A stretch of 64,000 nt of DNA from an uncultured Eubacteriales bacterium (GCA_964644675.1 CAZXWK010000001.1:50430-114429); one strand, 5' to 3'; shown: positions 37,206-46,778, numbered from the stretch's first letter. Numbers and translations: made by a program. Notes: generated by a model not told the origin, from the letters alone.

Positions 37206-39137
37206 ATGGCGAACCGGAGGGCCTTCCTCATCACGCTCGCAGTGGCGCTCGCGCTCGTCGCGAAGCTGCTGCTGACGCGGTACCTGATACTGGGCGTGGC
37301 GTTCGCGCCACTCGCGGTGGCGAGCGACGTGGCCTTCGTCGTCGCTCTCGTGCTGATCGTCGACGCGCTGGCGCCCGACCACCGCCTGGGTGCCCTGTTC
37401 TTCCTCGACCTCGTCGTCACGGTCGTCATGGTCGCCTCGGTGATGTACGCGAACCACTATGCGGCCGTACCGACGGCCGGCCTCATCCCGCTCGCCGGCC
37501 AGCTCTCGGCGGTCTCGAGCGCGGTGCGGCTCGCCGCGACGCCTGTCCTGGCGCTCTACGCCATCGACCTCGTGCTCCTCGGCGGGCTGTCGATCGCGAT
37601 GGCGGCCCGCCGTCTGGGCGTCTTCAGCGGTGACGCAACGCCGGAGCGGCCCGGGATCGTTCGGCTGCACGGCGGCATCTACCTCGTCGCCGTTCCGGCC
37701 ATCGTGGTGTTCGCGATAGCCGTGGGCAGGGTCGCGGGCGCTGGGGCCTCCGACGACGGGCGACGGCTCGCGGCGGCGGACGGGCTGTTCGCCTACCAGG
37801 TCGCGACGATCGTCCCGCGCCAGGCCGACGTCTCGGGAGAAGTCGACACGACCGACCCGCGGGCGGTGCAGCGCGCGATCGATCAGCTGAACGGGGGTGG
37901 TTCGGGGGTTCGCGTCGCCGAGTTCGAGCGCGGCTCGTTCGCGGGCAAGAACGTGGTCATCGTGCAGGTCGAGGCCTTGCAGTCGGCCGCTGTGGACGCG
38001 AAGGTCGGCGGCGTGCCGGTCATGCCCAACCTGAGCCGCCTGGCCTCGCAGAGCTGGTACTTCCCGAACACGCTCGCCAACGTCGGGCGGGGAACCACCG
38101 TCGACGCCGAGTGGGCCGAGAACACGTCGCTCTATCCGCCTGCGGAGACCGCGTCCTCACAGCAGTGGGCGGACCGCAAGGCGCGGTCGTTGCCGCGGCT
38201 GCTGGCGGAGCGGGGATACGACAGTCTCACCTTCCACGCGAACACCGTGCACTTCTGGAACCGTGGCCAGTTCTACCGAGCCCTGGGCTTCACGCAGTAC
38301 TTCGACGACACGTACTTCGGCTCGGACGACCGCGTGGGAATGGGCGCCTCGGACGAGGTGCTGTTCGCCAAGACGGTGGAGGAGCTCGAGCGCAGAAGGG
38401 CGAGCGGCAAGCCCTTCTACGCCGAGGTCATCACTCTCTCCTCCCACTACCCGTACGACTCGCTGCCCGCTTCGAAACGGCGCCTTGGCCTTGCCGAGCC
38501 GTACGCCGGCACGCTGACGGGCGCGTACCTCCAGAACATGGAGTACGTCGATCGGGCGCTGGGCCGGTTCCTCGGCTCGCTGGAGGCGGCCGGGCTCTCC
38601 CAAGACACGGTCGTCGTGGTCGTGGGCGACCACTTCGGCATCAAGGACGTCGAGACGCTCGGAGACGAAGCCGCCGCGCAGCGGGCGCTGTTCGGCCGGC
38701 AGTACAACGAGGCTGACCGCGTGAGCGTGCCGATGGTCGTGCACCTTCCCGGTCAGACCGAGGGGCGCCTGCAGCAGGGCGTGGCGGCGCAGGTCGACGT
38801 CATGCCGACCATCGCCGACCTGCTCGGCATCGACCTGTCCGGCACGCCGCACGTCGGCCGGTCACTGTTCGTCAAGGGTCCGCGGGTCGTCGCAGGGACG
38901 GGCTTCCTGGCGGCCGGCTCGTACGCGGACGATAACTACGTGCAGGTCACCGGAGCCACCGCGAGCCAGAGCCGGGCCTTCGCGGTCTCCGGGCACGCGC
39001 CCGTGCCGCAGCCGGCCGACGCAGCCTCGATGGAGGAGCGCGCCCGCGCTCTGCTCGAGGTATCGCGGGCGTGGGCGGACTCGCTGCCCCGCGACCCCGC
39101 GTCGACGGCCGACCCGCTCTCGGTCATTCCGCGCTAG
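37206..39137 (+). CDS. LTA-synthase-family (LtaS/sulfatase-fold) membrane protein
   Basis: Five N-terminal TM helices precede an extracellular alkaline-phosphatase-superfamily domain (...VIVQVEALQS...GTTVDAEWAENTSLYP...VVVVGDHFG). Confidence 0.8.
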   Translation: MANRRAFLITLAVALALVAKLLLTRYLILGVAFAPLAVASDVAFVVALVLIVDALAPDHRLGALFFLDLVVTVVMVASVMYANHYAAVPTAGLIPLAGQLSAVSSAVRLAATPVLALYAIDLVLLGGLSIAMAARRLGVFSGDATPERPGIVRLHGGIYLVAVPAIVVFAIAVGRVAGAGASDDGRRLAAADGLFAYQVATIVPRQADVSGEVDTTDPRAVQRAIDQLNGGGSGVRVAEFERGSFAGKNVVIVQVEALQSAAVDAKVGGVPVMPNLSRLASQSWYFPNTLANVGRGTTVDAEWAENTSLYPPAETASSQQWADRKARSLPRLLAERGYDSLTFHANTVHFWNRGQFYRALGFTQYFDDTYFGSDDRVGMGASDEVLFAKTVEELERRRASGKPFYAEVITLSSHYPYDSLPASKRRLGLAEPYAGTLTGAYLQNMEYVDRALGRFLGSLEAAGLSQDTVVVVVGDHFGIKDVETLGDEAAAQRALFGRQYNEADRVSVPMVVHLPGQTEGRLQQGVAAQVDVMPTIADLLGIDLSGTPHVGRSLFVKGPRVVAGTGFLAAGSYADDNYVQVTGATASQSRAFAVSGHAPVPQPADAASMEERARALLEVSRAWADSLPRDPASTADPLSVIPR

Positions 39138-39158
39138 GGCGGCGAGTCTCTCGGCAGC

Positions 39159-41486
39159 CTAGCGGTCCCGCTGGCGCGCGGCCTCATCGAGGATCGCTGC
39201 CACCAGACGCGCCTCGCCGGGGTTGTGGCTGGTCTTGGCGTGCCACGGCAGGTTGTAGGCGACCCAGATGACGCGCCCCTTGCCCCACGCGCGTTCGGCG
39301 ACGAGCGGCTTGCCGTCGAGCCGCGCGAGGACGCGGAGTGGCCCCGAGCCCGGCAGCGCCGAGTAGCCGGCCCCGAACCACGGCTCGCCGGTCTCGGTGC
39401 GCCAGGCCGACGGCGAGATCCGCCCGACCTCAGGGTGGTTCGCCGAGAAGTCCGGATCGAGTGAGATGGTCGCGTTCTCGCTCACGTGTTGCCGGGCGAT
39501 CACGGTGTCGAAGAGGACCGACTCGCCCAGCGAAGTGGGCTCGCTCAGGTTGCCCGACGCGTCGAACACGAGCGTGCCGCCCTCTTCGACGTAGCGCATG
39601 AGGAGACGCTCCGCGTTGCCCCGGTCGTGCCACAGGCCCCCGAAAGCGACCACGTAGGGGTACCGCTTCAGCTCCTCGAGCGTGACGCCGTCGTAGTAGG
39701 CGGTCCCCTCGAGGTTGTAGTCTCCCTCTTCGTGCTTCAGATACGTGGTGAAGCCTTGCAGTTCCTCGAGGTAGTTCTCCCATCCCGAGCCCAGGTACAG
39801 AGCACGTGGCAACGGCGTCACCGGTCGGTCCCGCTTCAGGACGCGCGCGCTCCCCGTGTCGAAGACCGCGCTGAAGCGTGACGGTGTCTCGGGATGAACG
39901 GTGATGTAGTAGGCGGCATCACGCTTGTCGAGTTCGTGTCCAAAAGCCCGGGCGTCTTCGAAGAACGGCATGGCGAGGACGTTGCGCCGGGCGTAGAAGG
40001 CGGTGACCGGCCACATGTCCGAGAAGACCGTCCCTTGCGCGGACGAAGGCTGCCTCGACAGGTAGGCGGCGGTCTTGCGCGCGTCGGCGACCGTGGGATC
40101 CGGCCGCCAGTTCGTCCGTGCGACGTCGATGGCGACCCCGGCGGCCAGCACCAAGACGAGCGGGAGCCACGCGAATCGGACCAGCGACCGGGCCGCGAAG
40201 CGGCCGTCGTCCGAAAGAGAGGTCTCCTCGTCGACGGTTTCGGGCCGCACCGGGAGTGCCGCGACCAAGCGGTCCCAGCCGAGCGCGACAAGGTAGGCCA
40301 CCTGCGGCGCCATCACGATGTAGTAGCGCGTGACCCGCTGTGCCCACTGCTCGTGGAACGTGTAGTAGCCCAGAAGCCACGCGATCACCACGGCGTCGAG
40401 CGCGAGGTCAGCCGGCACGGCGCGCTTGTGCGCGCTCGACGGATCGTGCTCCTCGGAGGTGAGCAGCCGCCACACCAGATAGACGCTCCCCACGATCGCG
40501 ACCTGCGTGGACAGCAGGCCACCGTGCACGGCGACCCAGGCCGCGGCGGCCGCGATCGCGAACGAGACGCCGATACGACCCGCCGAGACGTGCCGATCGT
40601 GCAGCGACCGGAACGCGGCGAGCGCCAGCCCGAGCACCGCGAGCATCAGCAGCAGCGTCGTGAAGAAGGCGAGGGGGCGCGGCGCGGCGAGGACGGGGAG
40701 CGCGCCAAAGTAGCTTCCGACTTCGCGGAGGACGCCTGCAGTGATATCGGCGGACTGCTGGATGCGAAGCGAGGTCACGAACGGGTAGAACGGCTCGCTG
40801 AAACGGCGCGAGTAGAAGTAGCCGAACGGCGCGTACAGCGCCAAGGCCGCAAGGATGCCCAACGCGATGTCGCGGGCGTGGGCGAAGACGCGGGTGCGGA
40901 AGAGCATCCAAAGCGCGATGGGGAAGACGAACAGCAGCGAGGTCGTGCGCATCAGGACGGCGCACACGGCGAGTGGGAACGCCGCGATGTAGTAGCGCGA
41001 GTCCGACTCCGTGGCCCGGTACAGGGCGAGAAGGGCCCACGTGCACAACGCAACCGCGCCGATGTCCGTGTAACCGACGCCGATCCACTCCCATACCGGC
41101 GGCGCGACGAGCACCGCAAGCCCGGCTCCCGCCGCGACGAGGGGCGAGACCCGCTTGCGCGCGAGCAGGTACGCGCCGGCAACTGCGAGAAGCGCGAACG
41201 CGAAGTCGACGACCTGGATCACGACCGGGCTCATGAAACCCAAGCGGACGAGCGGCGCGGCGACCACCGAGATCAGCGGCGGCCTTGCCGGCTCGGTGTA
41301 GCCGTAGCCGCGTCCCGCCAGAGCGGCCGCGTTCGCGAAGAACGAGTACGTGTCCCAGCCAGGCCCGGCGACGATCTGGGCGACCAGTTTGTAGAGCGCG
41401 AGGGCCCCGACGAGCGCGAACGCCCGCACGAGTCGCGGATCGGCGGGCGAGGGTGAGGTCGGGTCCTGTGTGCCGGCGTGGATCAC
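39159..41486 (-). CDS. GT-C-fold (family 39/PMT_2/ArnT-like) polytopic membrane protein with ~300-aa soluble C-terminal domain
   Basis: The GTG start overlaps the GT2 stop (GTGA). A first-loop motif ...GWDTYSFFANAAALAGRGYGYTEPARPPL... is followed by about 11-12 TM helices. The C-terminal soluble domain ends ...GKGRVIWVAYNLPWH.... The rest of the 1283-aa ORF upstream is a shadow of the GT2 gene. Confidence 0.7.
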   Translation of the reverse strand: MIHAGTQDPTSPSPADPRLVRAFALVGALALYKLVAQIVAGPGWDTYSFFANAAALAGRGYGYTEPARPPLISVVAAPLVRLGFMSPVVIQVVDFAFALLAVAGAYLLARKRVSPLVAAGAGLAVLVAPPVWEWIGVGYTDIGAVALCTWALLALYRATESDSRYYIAAFPLAVCAVLMRTTSLLFVFPIALWMLFRTRVFAHARDIALGILAALALYAPFGYFYSRRFSEPFYPFVTSLRIQQSADITAGVLREVGSYFGALPVLAAPRPLAFFTTLLLMLAVLGLALAAFRSLHDRHVSAGRIGVSFAIAAAAAWVAVHGGLLSTQVAIVGSVYLVWRLLTSEEHDPSSAHKRAVPADLALDAVVIAWLLGYYTFHEQWAQRVTRYYIVMAPQVAYLVALGWDRLVAALPVRPETVDEETSLSDDGRFAARSLVRFAWLPLVLVLAAGVAIDVARTNWRPDPTVADARKTAAYLSRQPSSAQGTVFSDMWPVTAFYARRNVLAMPFFEDARAFGHELDKRDAAYYITVHPETPSRFSAVFDTGSARVLKRDRPVTPLPRALYLGSGWENYLEELQGFTTYLKHEEGDYNLEGTAYYDGVTLEELKRYPYVVAFGGLWHDRGNAERLLMRYVEEGGTLVFDASGNLSEPTSLGESVLFDTVIARQHVSENATISLDPDFSANHPEVGRISPSAWRTETGEPWFGAGYSALPGSGPLRVLARLDGKPLVAERAWGKGRVIWVAYNLPWHAKTSHNPGEARLVAAILDEAARQRDR

Positions 41487-43039
41487 GATGACCTGTGGAA
41501 GCTCGCCAACCACTTGAGGATCGGCTGGACCCCGGCGAGCACGGCGACCGAGATCAGCGGGAGTGTCGCGCGCGCGAGGAACGCCCACGCCAGCACGAAG
41601 CCCTTGAAGACTCCCGTGAGGAGCTGGATCGACCGCAGTCTCGCGATGTCGAAACGCTCGCGCGTCGGCCCGATGACGCCGGGCACCGTCCACTGCTGGT
41701 CTTCGGTCAGGGCGGTCAGGAACCCGGAGAAGCGGAAGTGGAACACCATGAACCGGAAGATCGGCAGCGCCACGACGGACCACGCCGAGCGCTCGATCCG
41801 GTGACGGGTGTCCTCCTCGGCGATGGCGTAGATCGCGAAGGTGTTCACGAACTCCAAGAGCAGGTAGAACACGTACATCGCGAAGATGGCGATCGCGATG
41901 AGCCAGGGCGAGTATCCCAAGAGCGGGAAGAAGAGCACGAGCGGCGTCCACACCAGGCGCGGGAACGCGAGCGTGTGGTCCATGAGCAGCATCTTGGGAA
42001 GCGACTTGCGCTCGTTGGACGTCCGCGAGTTCGAGGTGATGAGGTCGGCGTTGAGGGCGGCCACTTCGAGCTGTCCGCGCGCCCAGCGAACGCGCTGGCC
42101 GTAGAGGTCGTCGAGGCGGATGACGGGATCGAGGAAGACCCGCGCCCGGTGCACGAATCCGATCTTGACGCCGGCCCGGTGCAACGCCCAGGTCATGTCG
42201 GTGTCCTCGGAGACGGTGCGGTTCGAATACAGGCTGCACCGCTCGAACTCGGAGCGCCGGAACGCCGAGCAAGCTCCGGCCAAGGTGTACATGGTGTCCG
42301 TCTCGGACTGTGCGGCCCTGCCCAGGCTGAACGACGACTGGTACTCGAGGAACTGGCTCTCCGAGAGGAACAGCTGCCAGAGGTTGAGCTTCTGGGGCGT
42401 CGGCATGCCCTCCTCGTCGAGAATGAGATCGCCGTTGCGGTCGCGCGCCTCGACCAGGTCCCAGTCGACCTCGATGTTGCCGGTCGCGGCGCCCATCTCC
42501 GGGTTGCGGACGAACGCCTCGGCGATAGCGCGGATGCAGTAAGGGGCGAGCACGACGTCGCTGTCGATGTTGACCAGGATCTCGCCCTCGGATGCTTCGA
42601 TGCCCGTGTTCAGCGCGTGGGCCTTGCCGGCGTGGCCGTTGCGGATGACGACGAAGCGCCCGGCGAACGGTCCGATCTCGATCCGCTGGCCGCGGATGAT
42701 CATGCCCGTCGCCGGATGCGTGCCGTCGGCGTGCGACTGAGCGAGCTCGGCGGTCCCGTCTGTGGAGCCGTCGTCGATGACGACGACCTCGAGCTTGTCG
42801 TGCGGGTAGTCCTGGACCTTGACCGATTGCAGGCAACGGTCGATGACCGCGGCCTCGTTGTGCGCGGGCACGATCACCGTGACCTTGGGCAGCTCGTCGT
42901 CCTCGTAGTAGGTCTCGTGGTCGTCGTGGCGGCGGCGCCGGACCAGGATGAGCCGCTGAACGGTGTCGACGCCGTCGACGATGATCGGCGTGATCAGCCA
43001 GACGCCCCACAGGAGGATGAACGCCCAGACGCTACCCAT
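41483..43039 (-). CDS. processive family-2 glycosyltransferase (PgaC/cellulose-synthase-like polysaccharide synthase)
   Basis: N-terminal TM helix, then VTVIVPAHNE, VIDDGSTD, NIDSDV, TEDTD-like SEDTDMT and QRVRWARGQ (Q(Q/R)xRW), followed by four or more C-terminal TM helices. The start overlaps the upstream gene by 8 nt. Confidence 0.85.
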   Translation of the reverse strand: MGSVWAFILLWGVWLITPIIVDGVDTVQRLILVRRRRHDDHETYYEDDELPKVTVIVPAHNEAAVIDRCLQSVKVQDYPHDKLEVVVIDDGSTDGTAELAQSHADGTHPATGMIIRGQRIEIGPFAGRFVVIRNGHAGKAHALNTGIEASEGEILVNIDSDVVLAPYCIRAIAEAFVRNPEMGAATGNIEVDWDLVEARDRNGDLILDEEGMPTPQKLNLWQLFLSESQFLEYQSSFSLGRAAQSETDTMYTLAGACSAFRRSEFERCSLYSNRTVSEDTDMTWALHRAGVKIGFVHRARVFLDPVIRLDDLYGQRVRWARGQLEVAALNADLITSNSRTSNERKSLPKMLLMDHTLAFPRLVWTPLVLFFPLLGYSPWLIAIAIFAMYVFYLLLEFVNTFAIYAIAEEDTRHRIERSAWSVVALPIFRFMVFHFRFSGFLTALTEDQQWTVPGVIGPTRERFDIARLRSIQLLTGVFKGFVLAWAFLARATLPLISVAVLAGVQPILKWLASFHRSS

Positions 43040-46000
43040 GGCGCACGTCCTTCTCGGCCGACGGGTCTATCTTGGCGCTGACCACCGCGACGGTCGGCCT
43101 GGTCATGAGGTACCAGAACACTACGACGATGCCGGTGAAGAAGAACACGCGCCCGACGACCGCGTGGGCGATGAAGACCCACGACGTGCCGAGTGCCGAG
43201 ATCATCGCAATGATGATCAGGATGCGAGCCAGGTTGATCGCGTAGGTCGCCGCGGCCCCCACTGCCGCCGTGCCGAGCCTGCGACCGCTGCGGAACGCGG
43301 GGTAGAAGAGCGTCAGCCCGACGAACGCGGCGATCTCGAGGAGGGCCGAGCACTCGACGCCGATGTCGAAGACGCCCCAGCCGACGTGGTTCTTGATCGC
43401 GAGCCCTGACGAGCCGAGCAGCTCGATGTGGAGCGTCAGCCACTGCGCGATCGCCGCCGCCTGACGCGCCTCGATCGCCTCGAGCTTGGCGTCCCAGCCG
43501 AGCGCCTGCGAGAAGAAGAGCACGAACATCACGAATCCGAACGCGCCGAGCAGGTACATCCGCAGCCACTTGCGCCTGCTGCGCAGGTAGAGCGTCAGCG
43601 CGAGCCACAGGGCGCCGGCGGCGAGGATCCACGGCAGCGAACGCGGTCCGGTGGCCGCGATGTCCTGCATCCACGCGCCCAGAGTTGGGACCGAGTAGAA
43701 CTGCGTCGTCTTGGTGTCGATCAACGACCCGTCCGACGCCTTCCAGTACTCGGTGACGTTGTACGTGCCCTGGTTAGGGAACGCCGAGTTCGAGATCGAC
43801 CAGGCCGGATCGGCCCAGTACGAGGTGCCCGCGACATCGACGCCGGTGCTCGTATGCGTCTGTACCGCGGACACGCCGTTCCACGTCTGCGGGTTGCCCG
43901 ACGCGTCGATGTAGGTGTCGAGGCTGCCGAACACGCCGTCCCCGTTGGTGTCCCACCAGATGACGTAGGTCGCTGTCGAGTTGATGATCGAGATCGGGCT
44001 CGAGTTGTGCAGCGACGACGACACCGAGACGTTCTGGCCGATCGTGGCTGCGTCGGTCGCCCAGAGCGCGGCGATCTCCGCGGTCTTCTCGGCGACGAGC
44101 ACGAACGTGGTCGTGTAGGTGAGCGCGCCGTTCGACCGGTAGACGCGCAAGGTCCACGTGCCCAGCTCGTCGGTTGCGGTCGTGGTGTACGTGTCGGTCT
44201 TGACGCCGCTCGAGTTGGGCGCCGACGTGGCGCCGGTGCGGATGGTCGCGCCGCTCGGCGAGGTCCAGACGAAGTAGTATTGGCGGTTCGTCGCGAGCGC
44301 CGTGGCCTTCGCGTAGACCGTCGCGCCGCGCGTGAAGGTCGTCTCGGCGGCTTCGTACTTGGAGTCCGGGTAGGTGACGACGGACCGGACCGTGGTGGTG
44401 TCGGTCGCCGAGCTCGTCGAACCACCCGATGAGGCCGTCACGGTCATGACGTCGACGGTGCCGGACGCGGTTCCGGAGGGCACGGTGACCTTCACGACGA
44501 CGTCACGGGTGGTCCCGAACGGCCCCATCACGACGTTCGTGAGGGGGGTGACTCCGTCGGTGTCGTAGAAGGCGGTGGTCCACCCGCGGCTGGTCGAGGC
44601 GCTCAACGTGACCGTCCGCGTGGTGGCCGAGCTGTTTGTGATCGTGTGGACGTAGGCAGCGCTTCCGCCGGGAGCGGCGAACGACGCCTCGTTCGGCGCG
44701 ATCTTCAGGTCCGATCCGACGACCGTCGTCACGCCGCGGGCGCTGTCGGTCGTCGATGGGCTCGCGAGCAGGCTTCCGGTCAGCACCATCGTGTCCTGCG
44801 TTCCGGCCGCCGTGCCGGCGGGAACCGTCACGCTCACGACCACGGTCGTCGACTCCATCGCTCCGAGCGAGACCGACGTAACCGTGCTGCCGACCGCGTT
44901 CTTCAGGGTGGTCTGCCAGCCGTGTCCGGACACGGCGGTCAGATTGACCGTGTTCGGCTGTGCGTTGTTGTTCGCGATCGTGTACGTGTAGCTGATGGTC
45001 TGGCTGGCAGCAACGCTTCCGGCCCGATCCGGCGACAGGATGAGACCGAGAGCGGGCGGGACCTTGAAGCCGAAGTCGACGGTGTTGACGTTGGTATTGG
45101 TGACCGTGACCAGGGCCTGCGCCGGACTTGGGGTCGTCGGAGCGAAGCCGAAGAGCGCGCCGCCGGCGTTGAAGTTCGCCGAGTCGACGACTACGCGGTA
45201 GGTGCCGTTCCAAGTGTTGACGCCGTAGGCTCCCGACGAGTCCGTCATCGCGGCCGCGATGACCCTGCCGGTCACGGTGTCCGTGAGCGACAAAAGGACG
45301 CCGGCGATGCCGTTCTCGCCCGCGTCCTGCACGCCGTTGCCGTTGAGGTCGTTGAAGACCGTGTCGCCCACGGTGAACGGCGCGGGTGGCGGCATGGGCC
45401 TGCCCGACTCGTCAACGCCGATGATCGGGTGCTCGAAGCGCAACGCGTTGAGGTTGTGCATGTCGACGCCAACGGCCCGTACGTCATACATGCCCGAGGG
45501 CAGCGAGTCGACGTGGTAGTCAGTGACGGCCGTGCTCGTCGCGACCGTGTCGAGCCGGAAGAGCTCCCATTCGGTCGTGCCGGAGGGGTCGTTGTTCGCC
45601 CAGGTGTTGCCGAGCGGGTCGATCACCGAGTACCGCACGTTGGGCGTGCGCCGGTAGTTGGCGTTGGTGTTGTCGTCGGCGGGTGCGCCGGCGTTGGCGG
45701 CCTCGGTGATCGCGGCCCCCGGATCGAACGTGGGCGTGTAGGTGGTGTTCGCGTCGTTCGTGTCGTTGATGAGGTCGAAGTCGCCGTCCCACAGGTCGAT
45801 ATGGTCGGCTTCCTGCGCGACCTGCATGTAGAAGTCCCACGTGCCGTCGTAGGTGGTGGGCGTGAGCGTCGGCCACGCCGGGTAGACGAGCGACTGGGTG
45901 GACGGGAACGCGCCGATATAGCCGAACACCGTGGTCGGGATGATGTAGGTATAACCTTCGACGCGCGCCTTGAAGACATTCATGGAGTTGACCGTCGGAG

Positions 46001-46490
46001 ACGTGCCGTTGACGACCAAGCGGTAGAAGTAGTTGCCCGACGGCGCCCTGGCCGCGGCGCTCGTTGCGACGGGGAAGTCCGTCCACGCGTTCTCGGCCAT
46101 CTGAGTGTCGGTCCACGTCGCGACGACCGTGGTGCCGGTGCCGTTGCCGAGCGGATCGGCGTACAGCGTGTACGACGTGGGGAACGTCGGCGTGTACATG
46201 TCCCAGAGCGAGCTGGACGCGCCGTCGAAGAAGCCGAGGTTGAACGTGCTCAGCGTGTTGTCGACCGAGAAGCTCAGCGTGACGGTCGTGCCCGACAGCG
46301 TGGAGAGCCCGTCACCTGCGACGCACAGCATCTTGCCGTCGTTGGTGACGCCGGTCGGGAAGTACGAGTACACGGGAGCGGCCGACGCGCCTGACGGGGC
46401 GGTGGCACAGGCGATCGCCGCGAGTGCCGCCGCGAACAGCGAGGCGATCCGTCGGACGGTGGTCCGCCGTGCTGTCGCGAGTCGCCGCAC
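43032..46490 (-). CDS. giant secreted adhesin-like protein fused to a C-terminal exosortase/archaeosortase-family membrane domain
   Basis: The ORF is continuous. The proposed GTG start at 46490 lies 13 nt after GGAGG and gives the signal peptide VRRLATARRTTVRRIASLFAAALAAIACATAPSGASA. The ectodomain has an SdrD-B-like fold (VFNDLNGNGVQDAGENGIAGV) and tandem NEW3/CARDB-like domains. The last ~180 aa have five TM helices and ordered candidates C (43350-43352, VECSAL), R (43224-43226, AINLARI) and H (43164-43166, IAHAVVG). The start is uncertain because the ORF is open to 46730. Confidence 0.75.
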   Translation of the reverse strand: MRRLATARRTTVRRIASLFAAALAAIACATAPSGASAAPVYSYFPTGVTNDGKMLCVAGDGLSTLSGTTVTLSFSVDNTLSTFNLGFFDGASSSLWDMYTPTFPTSYTLYADPLGNGTGTTVVATWTDTQMAENAWTDFPVATSAAARAPSGNYFYRLVVNGTSPTVNSMNVFKARVEGYTYIIPTTVFGYIGAFPSTQSLVYPAWPTLTPTTYDGTWDFYMQVAQEADHIDLWDGDFDLINDTNDANTTYTPTFDPGAAITEAANAGAPADDNTNANYRRTPNVRYSVIDPLGNTWANNDPSGTTEWELFRLDTVATSTAVTDYHVDSLPSGMYDVRAVGVDMHNLNALRFEHPIIGVDESGRPMPPPAPFTVGDTVFNDLNGNGVQDAGENGIAGVLLSLTDTVTGRVIAAAMTDSSGAYGVNTWNGTYRVVVDSANFNAGGALFGFAPTTPSPAQALVTVTNTNVNTVDFGFKVPPALGLILSPDRAGSVAASQTISYTYTIANNNAQPNTVNLTAVSGHGWQTTLKNAVGSTVTSVSLGAMESTTVVVSVTVPAGTAAGTQDTMVLTGSLLASPSTTDSARGVTTVVGSDLKIAPNEASFAAPGGSAAYVHTITNSSATTRTVTLSASTSRGWTTAFYDTDGVTPLTNVVMGPFGTTRDVVVKVTVPSGTASGTVDVMTVTASSGGSTSSATDTTTVRSVVTYPDSKYEAAETTFTRGATVYAKATALATNRQYYFVWTSPSGATIRTGATSAPNSSGVKTDTYTTTATDELGTWTLRVYRSNGALTYTTTFVLVAEKTAEIAALWATDAATIGQNVSVSSSLHNSSPISIINSTATYVIWWDTNGDGVFGSLDTYIDASGNPQTWNGVSAVQTHTSTGVDVAGTSYWADPAWSISNSAFPNQGTYNVTEYWKASDGSLIDTKTTQFYSVPTLGAWMQDIAATGPRSLPWILAAGALWLALTLYLRSRRKWLRMYLLGAFGFVMFVLFFSQALGWDAKLEAIEARQAAAIAQWLTLHIELLGSSGLAIKNHVGWGVFDIGVECSALLEIAAFVGLTLFYPAFRSGRRLGTAAVGAAATYAINLARILIIIAMISALGTSWVFIAHAVVGRVFFFTGIVVVFWYLMTRPTVAVVSAKIDPSAEKDVRHG
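44385..45045 (-). repeat. tandem duplication of a ~110-aa Ig-like (NEW3/CARDB/DUF11-like) domain inside the giant protein
   Basis: Two consecutive modules each end in ...VVVSVTVPAGTAAGTQDTMVLTGS... / ...VVVKVTVPSGTASGTVDVMTVTAS.... The boundary lies near 44720. Coordinates are approximate. Confidence 0.5.
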
Positions 46491-46756
46491 ATGTCGAGAC
46501 AGGCCTCCGGCTATGCGGAAACCTCCGACGGCGTCAGGCTCTTGCTGGCGCGTGCGGACTGAGCGGACGAGCACGATGTGTTCCTCTCGGGCGCGGGGAG
46601 CCGCGAGACGGCGACTTGGTGGAGCTAACGGCACACAGCGACATAGTCTACAGTCAATTAGCCGATAGAAACGACGGAAGGAAGCATGCTCTGACGAAGG
46701 GGCGGAACGGGCGACGGACGGGCGTATCATCCGTGGTCACGGGCGCCATTCGTCGA

Positions 46757-46778
46757 CCAGCGGCAGATGTACCGCTGG
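46757..46778 (-). terminator. small stem-loop between the lipoprotein gene and the giant gene
   Basis: CCAGCGG-cagatgta-CCGCTGG has a 7-bp stem and no U tract. It is weak. Confidence 0.3.

Noticed and set aside
39159-43010. Single 1283-aa ORF read as one gene
   Set aside because: Only the part downstream of the GTG at 41486 looks like real protein (GT-C membrane protein). The upstream 508 codons overlap the GT2 gene in another frame and are Arg/Pro/His-rich shadow sequence.
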